64,000 nucleotides of DNA from Eledone cirrhosa (lineage: Eukaryota), in NCBI GenBank assembly GCA_964016885.1, contig OZ024740.1, positions 108,314,001-108,378,000 on the forward strand, written 5' to 3'. Made by a program: the position numbers and the translations under genes. The notes under the pieces are model-generated. The model was not told where the DNA came from. It worked only from the letters and a program-made list of their open reading frames with translations, and searched no databases. Positions 56,590 to 64,000 of this stretch are shown here, one piece after another (position 1 is the first letter of the stretch; each line of letters begins with the position of its first letter).

Positions 56590-57011
56590 CCTTGTCTGGC
56601 TTTCTGGAGAATAGAGGAAAGGTGTTTCCTCAAAAACCAGTATGACTCTAAAAACCGGTTTGTCTGTGTGTTTACATACAGAATAGCTGGCCACTCACAG
56701 TAAAGTGACCAGTGAAAAAACTTGGTACATCTACATATGTATACGTGTGTGTATTCATATACATACTAGTATTTCAGTATACATATATGGATGTACATCT
56801 TTAACTTAATTGTTTAAGCGTCAGTCATACAAAAGTGAGTTACAAATGAAACAAAATTTAATTTCGTTTCGTTATTTGTTTTTATCGTCTCCGTTGAACC
56901 GGTACTTACTCACACTCTATGCAAATTAGTATGCCCACTACTAATTTTCATAGAAAAAGCATATAACGATATGTGCTTTTACGATTCTCTAGAGAGGCCG
57001 GAAGATAGGTA

Positions 57012-57056
57012 AATATTGCTGATGAGTTGTAACAACAACGAAACTAGTTCAATATT
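57012..57056 (+). ncRNA. Minimal type I hammerhead ribozyme (second unit)
   Basis: Identical to 56545-56589. Confidence 0.85.
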
Positions 57057-57283
57057 CCTTGTCTGGCTTTCTGGAGAATAGAGGAAAGGTGTTTCCTCAA
57101 AAACCAGTATGACTCTAAAAACCGGTTTGTCTGTGTGTTTACATACAGAATAGCTGGCCACTCACAGTAAAGTGACCAGTGAAAAAACTTGGTACATCTA
57201 CATATGTATACGTGTGTGTATTCATATACATACTAGTATTTCAGTATACATATATGGATGTACATCTTTAACTTAATTGTTTA

Positions 57284-57327
57284 TATATATATATTTATAT
57301 ATTTATATTTATATATATATATTTATA

Positions 57328-57360
<33 letters not shown>

Positions 57361-57377
57361 ATATATTTATATATATA

Positions 57378-57430
<53 letters not shown>

Positions 57431-57527
57431 ATTTATATTTATATATATATATTTATATTTATATATATATATTTATATATATATATATATTTATATATAT
57501 GTATATATATATTTTTATATATATATT

Positions 57528-57564
<37 letters not shown>

Positions 57565-57579
57565 TTTTATATATATATT

Positions 57580-57616
<37 letters not shown>

Positions 57617-57687
57617 TTATATATATATTTATATATATATTTATATATATATTTATATATATATATTTATATATATATTTATATATA

Positions 57688-57741
<54 letters not shown>

Positions 57742-57838
57742 TATATATATATATTTATATATATATATTTATATATATATATTTATATATATATATATTT
57801 ATATATATATATATTTATATATATATATATATATATAT
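57284..57838. repeat. (TA)n/(TATT) compound microsatellite
   Basis: Seen directly. Confidence 0.98.
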
Positions 57839-58653
57839 TTGCAATAGTAATATACGTGAACGGCAAAGCATAAACGAACTAAGGAAAAAATTAGAAATAA
57901 GAGGGATCAGATGTTGTTTACTCGAGACAAGGCTACGTTGGTACGGTCACGTGATGCGCATGAAAGACGACAGCTGTATAACAAAGTGCAGGGCAATAAA
58001 GATAGACGGTAGCCACGGAGTAGACAGACCCAGAAAAACCTGGGACGAGCTGATAAATTCCGACCTCACACGCTTACACCTCTCCAAGACAATGTCACTG
58101 GACCGAGACCTTTGGCGGTACTCAGTAATAGAGAAGACCCGCCTTACCTAAATACAAAGTAAAAACCTACTACAGTCAGTAGGCATCTCTATCAAAACAC
58201 ACACCCGTCCCACCACCTCCACCCCATCCACACCGCCCCTTTCAATGTAAAGTTATGTTGGTCCCACAACATCCAGGCCGAAACAAATGAGATCGTGTAG
58301 GTGTCACGACAAAAAAAACACAGTCCACGCTGTAAATGTGACCGTGTAGGCAACACGGTAAAAACCTCCCAGCCCCACACTGTAAATGTGGTTGGTGTTA
58401 GGAAGGGCATCCAGCTGTAGAAAACCCGCCAGACAGTACACGCTGTAATGTGGCCGTGTAGGCAACACGGTAAAAACCTCCCAGCCCCACACTGTAAATG
58501 TGGTTGGTGTTAGGAAGGGCATCCAACTGTAGAAAACCCGCCAGACAGTCCTATGCGAGCAAGACAACCACTCTTGCCTCAAGTGGGAAAACCCCCGTCC
58601 AAACCCACGCAAGCGTGGAACACGGACGCTAAACCTGATGATGATGATGATGA

Positions 58654-58655
<2 letters not shown>
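57839..58655 (+). mobile_element. RTE LINE 3' end (related to the 52025-53650 subfamily) with a 112-bp duplication in the 3' UTR
   Basis: [37 protein letters not shown]; (GAT)n tail; duplicated block at 58342 and 58454. Confidence 0.88.
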
Positions 58656-59696
<1,041 letters not shown>

Positions 59697-61010
59697 ACGA
59701 AGGAAATGTGGTAAGGAACCAGGTGGACCATAACGCACCAAAGTACTCAATACTTGAGGCAGTAGAGTGGATAATAGGAACCAGTAAGCCCCCGACAGCT
59801 GAGCTCAAGCCGTTTCGACGGCTAATTCTGGACTAAATGAAAATTTATCCTGGTATTTAAATAGCCGATCTTCTCAAGGGGTAATTCCATATATGGTCAA
59901 AGTGATTGTCAAAAATCAGTAGTAATTCTGTGGTTGCAAATTAGTAGGGGAGATGGTGGCTAAACCAGCCAGTAGGAGAAAGAGGGGAGGGGGTGGAGTA
60001 GCCCCAATCAAGCGTTTGTAGTGCCAGCTACAGCTGGGCATGAGGTCAAAGAAGATACAAGGGAGGGGGAGGGGGAGGAAGTCGGAACGGTAGGTAGAAC
60101 AATGGGGGGTAGAAATATATAGGAAAGAGAGTGAAGAAAAGCAAATAAGTGTAAAGAAAAACAAATGAGTGTAAAGAAAAAAGTAAAGTAAATTAAATTC
60201 TACGACCTAGGTCTCTAGCTATTGTTAGTCTGGAATAAATAAATAAATAAAGAAAGAAAGAAGTAAAGAAAGAAATAAAGAAATAACGAAATAAGTAAAA
60301 GAACTAGGTGGGACGGTATAGGCGAGGACCCTTTTAAGAGGTATAAGTACGTAAATGATACGGTGACGGGTCAACAAAAGGGGCCAAAATACTAAAGAGA
60401 CTACCACGAAATAGACAATAAAGGTTTCCATCCCGGGTACAATTCCAGCCACCACCCAGTGCAGCAAAGTGAACTAATACGAGATAATAATTCTGAGTCC
60501 CGAGAAAAATATAAACTAATGCTAACTCTAAAAGATCTAAAACAAGCTACATGAAAGTTCGTACGAAGTAAAGGTAGAATACGGAAGAATAAATTCAGAA
60601 TCCACCCCGCCCAAAAGAAAAGCGAAGAAAGAAATACTGAAACGAAAAAATAAGGCATAAGTGCCACTAAGAAATATAGAGGGCACAGAGAATAGTGGGA
60701 GCGGTCGGAAAAAGGGGACAAGTATCCGGGGTCTAAACCAACTGCTATAAAGGGCGGAGTCCGCCAAATCTATCCTAGACTAGGGGAGGGGGTAGGGGTA
60801 CTAAGGCTACAAGGGGCCAAAGGGCAGCCTCGGGTGGGCGAGAAAAGACGTCGACAAAGGAGAAGAGCTGGGGTAGAAGGACTAAGGAGAGAGGGGGGAA
60901 GGAAGGAAATAAAGGAAGCGATAAAAGAATACAAAGAAGATCTTACGTCTCCCTTGGCAAGCAGGGGTTACCCATTGCAAAGTCAGCAAGTGGGGTGTTA
61001 TAGCCCTAGT

Positions 61011-62372
61011 CTACCCCCCCGGGTCATGATGGGGTTTGAGGGCGAGGTAAGTCCTACGCAATCTATGTTTACATGCAGTAACCAATTCATCTTTCTTGTT
61101 TAGGAGTTGGTCCGTCGAAAACAGCATTTGTAAAGTTTCCTCCGAGCATAAATTGCACGGACGGCGTCCTCCCGTGTAAGAATTGGCTCTGGACAGTAAT
61201 CTCCAAGTGAGATCATAGGTGATGTTGTTGTCCTTGAGGTCCCATATGTGGCCCGAGAGTGTAGTGGCGTGACGCCGGGCCGGGTTTCGGAAGGTATGTC
61301 TATGTTGGTATAGCCGGGTCTTGAAGTCACATGCGGTAAGTCCTATATAGGCTTTGTTGGAGGTATCCGTCCTCACGTTGCACTGGTAGATCACATTACG
61401 GTCTCTGCATCTATTGTCGAGTGGGCAGATAGATCTATCCGGGCAGTTACACCTCCTGGTCGGTTCTCCACTGCTATTTAGGTTATTTCTGCCATCGGGG
61501 TTGAGTTTTTTGTTGTTAGAGGAGATGATGTTTTGTGCGAAGTTTGGTGTAGTGCTGTAAGAGAGTTTGATGGTATTTTTGTTAATTATGTTGTGGTAGC
61601 GGTGTTGTAATGGGAAGTGTTTTTCAATGAGCCTAAAGAATAGTTTCCCGATGGGAGTTGTCACCTCTGCTTTGTGGGGAGGATTGAACCATGTTACATT
61701 GCGTGAGCGGCGGTATCTCCTGCTGGTTCCGCTAATGGGAGCTGGACAGTAGGATATTTCCTCCCGGAAACCACTCCGCTTGAGGGCCTGGTTGTAATAA
61801 GGCGCATGTTCATCGAATATCCGCTCATTAGCTGACAAACGGGATATGCGGAGGGAGATGTTTTTGACCAGGTTGTTAGTGATGTTCCTAGGATGGTTTG
61901 ACCGGCGGTGGATGTAGTGCAGATTGTCAATAGGTTTCCTGTATGGGTAGTACAGGTCGTTTTCGAGGTCGAGTGTCACGTCCAGGAAGTTTACTCTGGT
62001 CAGGGACGTTTGTATGGTTATTTTAAATCCCCAGTCGCGGAAGAATCTGATTAATTGTTTCCGGACCCGATCTGTACTACTGGGGTTGTACCCTTTAAGG
62101 GTAAGGAGCCCATCATCACGGTACAATCCACCACCGAATGCAGGAAACATATCAGTGAGTTTGGCTATTAGGAATAATCCTATAAGATCTGTGACCTCCG
62201 CCGAATCCGTGGCGCCCATGCTGACGTCGAAGGGTGAGTCGGGAGCTCTTTTTATCCATTTAGAGTCGTCAAAGAGTAAGACTGTCTTCCTGGCGTGGAG
62301 GATGATTTTTCTTTCCTGGTCGGTGATGGGCACAAGTGTTTCGGCGAAGTCCAAGGCGGCAGTAAGTAGCGG
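61011..62372 (-). CDS. Penelope-like RT (C-terminal part) + GIY-YIG endonuclease, N-terminally truncated
   Basis: SMGATDSAE, GLYRDDGL, NFLDVTL, SNHP motifs; CNC-x5-CPL-x3-C linker; NVIYQC..KAYIGLT..RLYQH; CNLC; open frame to TAG. No native start codon because the ORF is cut at the inversion junction. Confidence 0.9.
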   Translation of the reverse strand, partial: PLLTAALDFAETLVPITDQERKIILHARKTVLLFDDSKWIKRAPDSPFDVSMGATDSAEVTDLIGLFLIAKLTDMFPAFGGGLYRDDGLLTLKGYNPSSTDRVRKQLIRFFRDWGFKITIQTSLTRVNFLDVTLDLENDLYYPYRKPIDNLHYIHRRSNHPRNITNNLVKNISLRISRLSANERIFDEHAPYYNQALKRSGFREEISYCPAPISGTSRRYRRSRNVTWFNPPHKAEVTTPIGKLFFRLIEKHFPLQHRYHNIINKNTIKLSYSTTPNFAQNIISSNNKKLNPDGRNNLNSSGEPTRRCNCPDRSICPLDNRCRDRNVIYQCNVRTDTSNKAYIGLTACDFKTRLYQHRHTFRNPARRHATTLSGHIWDLKDNNITYDLTWRLLSRANSYTGGRRPCNLCSEETLQMLFSTDQLLNKKDELVTACKHRLRRTYLALKPHHDPGG

Positions 62373-63511
62373 TAAGGCGGGGGGGGTAGACTAGGGCTAT
62401 AACACCCCACTTGCTGACTTTGCAATGGGTAACCCCTGCTTGCCAAGGGAGACGTAAGATCTTCTTTGTATTCTTTTATCGCTTCCTTTATTTCCTTCCT
62501 TCCCCCCTCTCTCCTTAGTCCTTCTACCCCAGCTCTTCTCCTTTGTCGACGTCTTTTCTCGCCCACCCGAGGCTGCCCTTTGGCCCCTTGTAGCCTTAGT
62601 ACCCCTACCCCCTCCCCTAGTCTAGGATAGATTTGGCGGACTCCGCCCTTTATAGCAGTTGGTTTAGACCCCGGATACTTGTCCCCTTTTTCCGACCGCT
62701 CCCACTATTCTCTGTGCCCTCTATATTTCTTAGTGGCACTTATGCCTTATTTTTTCGTTTCAGTATTTCTTTCTTCGCTTTTCTTTTGGGCGGGGTGGAT
62801 TCTGAATTTATTCTTCCGTATTCTACCTTTACTTCGTACGAACTTTCATGTAGCTTGTTTTAGATCTTTTAGAGTTAGCATTAGTTTATATTTTTCTCGG
62901 GACTCAGAATTATTATCTCGTATTAGTTCACTTTGCTGCACTGGGTGGTGGCTGGAATTGTACCCGGGATGGAAACCTTTATTGTCTATTTCGTGGTAGT
63001 CTCTTTAGTATTTTGGCCCCTTTTGTTGACCCGTCACCGTATCATTTACGTACTTATACCTCTTAAAAGGGTCCTCGCCTATACCGTCCCACCTAGTTCT
63101 TTTACTTATTTCGTTATTTCTTTATTTCTTTCTTTACTTCTTTCTTTCTTTATTTATTTATTTATTCCAGACTAACAATAGCTAGAGACCTAGGTCGTAG
63201 AATTTAATTTACTTTACTTTTTTCTTTACACTCATTTGTTTTTCTTTACACTTATTTGCTTTTCTTCACTCTCTTTCCTATATATTTCTACCCCCCATTG
63301 TTCTACCTACCGTTCCGACTTCCTCCCCCTCCCTTGTATCTTCTTTGACCTCATGCCCAGCTGTAGCTGGCACTACAAACGCTTGATTGGGGCTACTCCA
63401 CCCCCTCCCCTCTTTCTCCTACTGGCTGGTTTAGCCACCATCTCCCCTACTAATTTGCAACCACAGAATTACTACTGATTTTTGACAATCACTTTGACCA
63501 TATATGGAATT

Positions 63512-63605
63512 ACCCCTTGAGAAGATCGGCTATTTAAATACCAGGATAAATTTTCATTTAGTCCAGAATTAGCCGTCGAAACGGCTTGAGCTCAGCTGTC
63601 GGGGT
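63512..63605 (+). ncRNA. Type I hammerhead with U3-A8 covariant core in the Penelope pLTR (mirror copy 59789-59882, minus)
   Basis: ACCCC-TTGAGAA-GA(T)CGGCTA..TAGCCGTC-GAA-ACGGCT(TGAGCTC)AGCTGT-C-GGGGT: three stems, GUC triplet. Confidence 0.72.
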
Positions 63606-63902
63606 CTTACTGGTTCCTATATTTATATATATATATATTTATATATATTTATATATATATATGTATATATAAATATATATATATATATATTTATATATTT
63701 CGTTTCTGAATTTGTTTAGCAAGATTCTTTATTTGAAATTGTGTGTTGAAACCGATATTGTTATACTTTGGGAGGGTCATGTTGCCAATAAGAAACACAC
63801 GCACCAGTTGCTTTCACTTCAATTTATTATAATAAATTTATAATAAATTTATAAATTTCTGGTTGGTTGGTTGGTTCCACAACCAGATAGTTGTTTATAT
63901 AT

Positions 63903-63947
63903 AGTCATAGTTCTTTCGTCACACACTCTGTGACCTCTTCAGTGACT
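63903..63947 (-). ncRNA. Minimal type I hammerhead-like motif of another PLE-related family
   Basis: Minus strand AGTCA-CTGAAGA-G-GTCACA(GAGTG)TGTGAC-GAA-AGAACT-A-TGACT; one extra G before stem II; ~200-nt tail runs into (TA)n at ~63700. Confidence 0.65.
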
Positions 63948-64000
63948 GGGGATTCCTTTCTTTGTTTCTGTGCCTCTCTTTTGTTCTGTCCTACGCCATT

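Larger units (their letters stand above)
56166..57283 (+). repeat. 467-bp tandem array (~2.4 units), retrozyme-like, one minimal hammerhead per unit
   Basis: Period 467 (56545 vs 57012); units appear identical; no credible ORF. Confidence 0.9.

Noticed and set aside
56166-57283. CRISPR-like or protein-coding interpretation of the tandem array
   Set aside because: Eukaryotic context, no unique spacers; the 60-aa ORFs are incidental.
59916-61103. Mirror-image short ORFs in the two Penelope arms
   Set aside because: They arise from the inverted non-coding pLTR and have low-complexity composition.

Overview
AT-rich animal genomic DNA; the repeat content (tRNA-derived Deu/Nin-core SINEs, RTE LINEs with (GAT)n tails, very long (TA)n arrays) suggests an octopod cephalopod, which is an inference. 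Two host genes are recognisable. A complete 4-exon beta-tubulin lies on the minus strand (CDS 17207->5319, 444 aa, 9.3-kb first intron). Head-to-head with it, ~1.4 kb away, is exon 1 of a PSMG4/PAC4-like proteasome assembly chaperone; its later exons were not found. The rest is mostly transposon-derived: SINEs, four large RTE copies, a CR1-type fragment and several MITEs. The most interesting part is 55.2-64 kb, where (TA)n arrays host several unrelated hammerhead-ribozyme (HHR) elements. These include a 5'-truncated Penelope-like element (RT + GIY-YIG) with 1.24-kb inverted pseudo-LTRs carrying an atypical U3-A8 hammerhead, and a 467-bp tandem retrozyme-like array with a minimal HHR per unit that is fused to the 3' tail of that same Penelope family. 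Further HHR fold-backs share the same inverted architecture. All structures were read by eye; no searches or folding programs were run.
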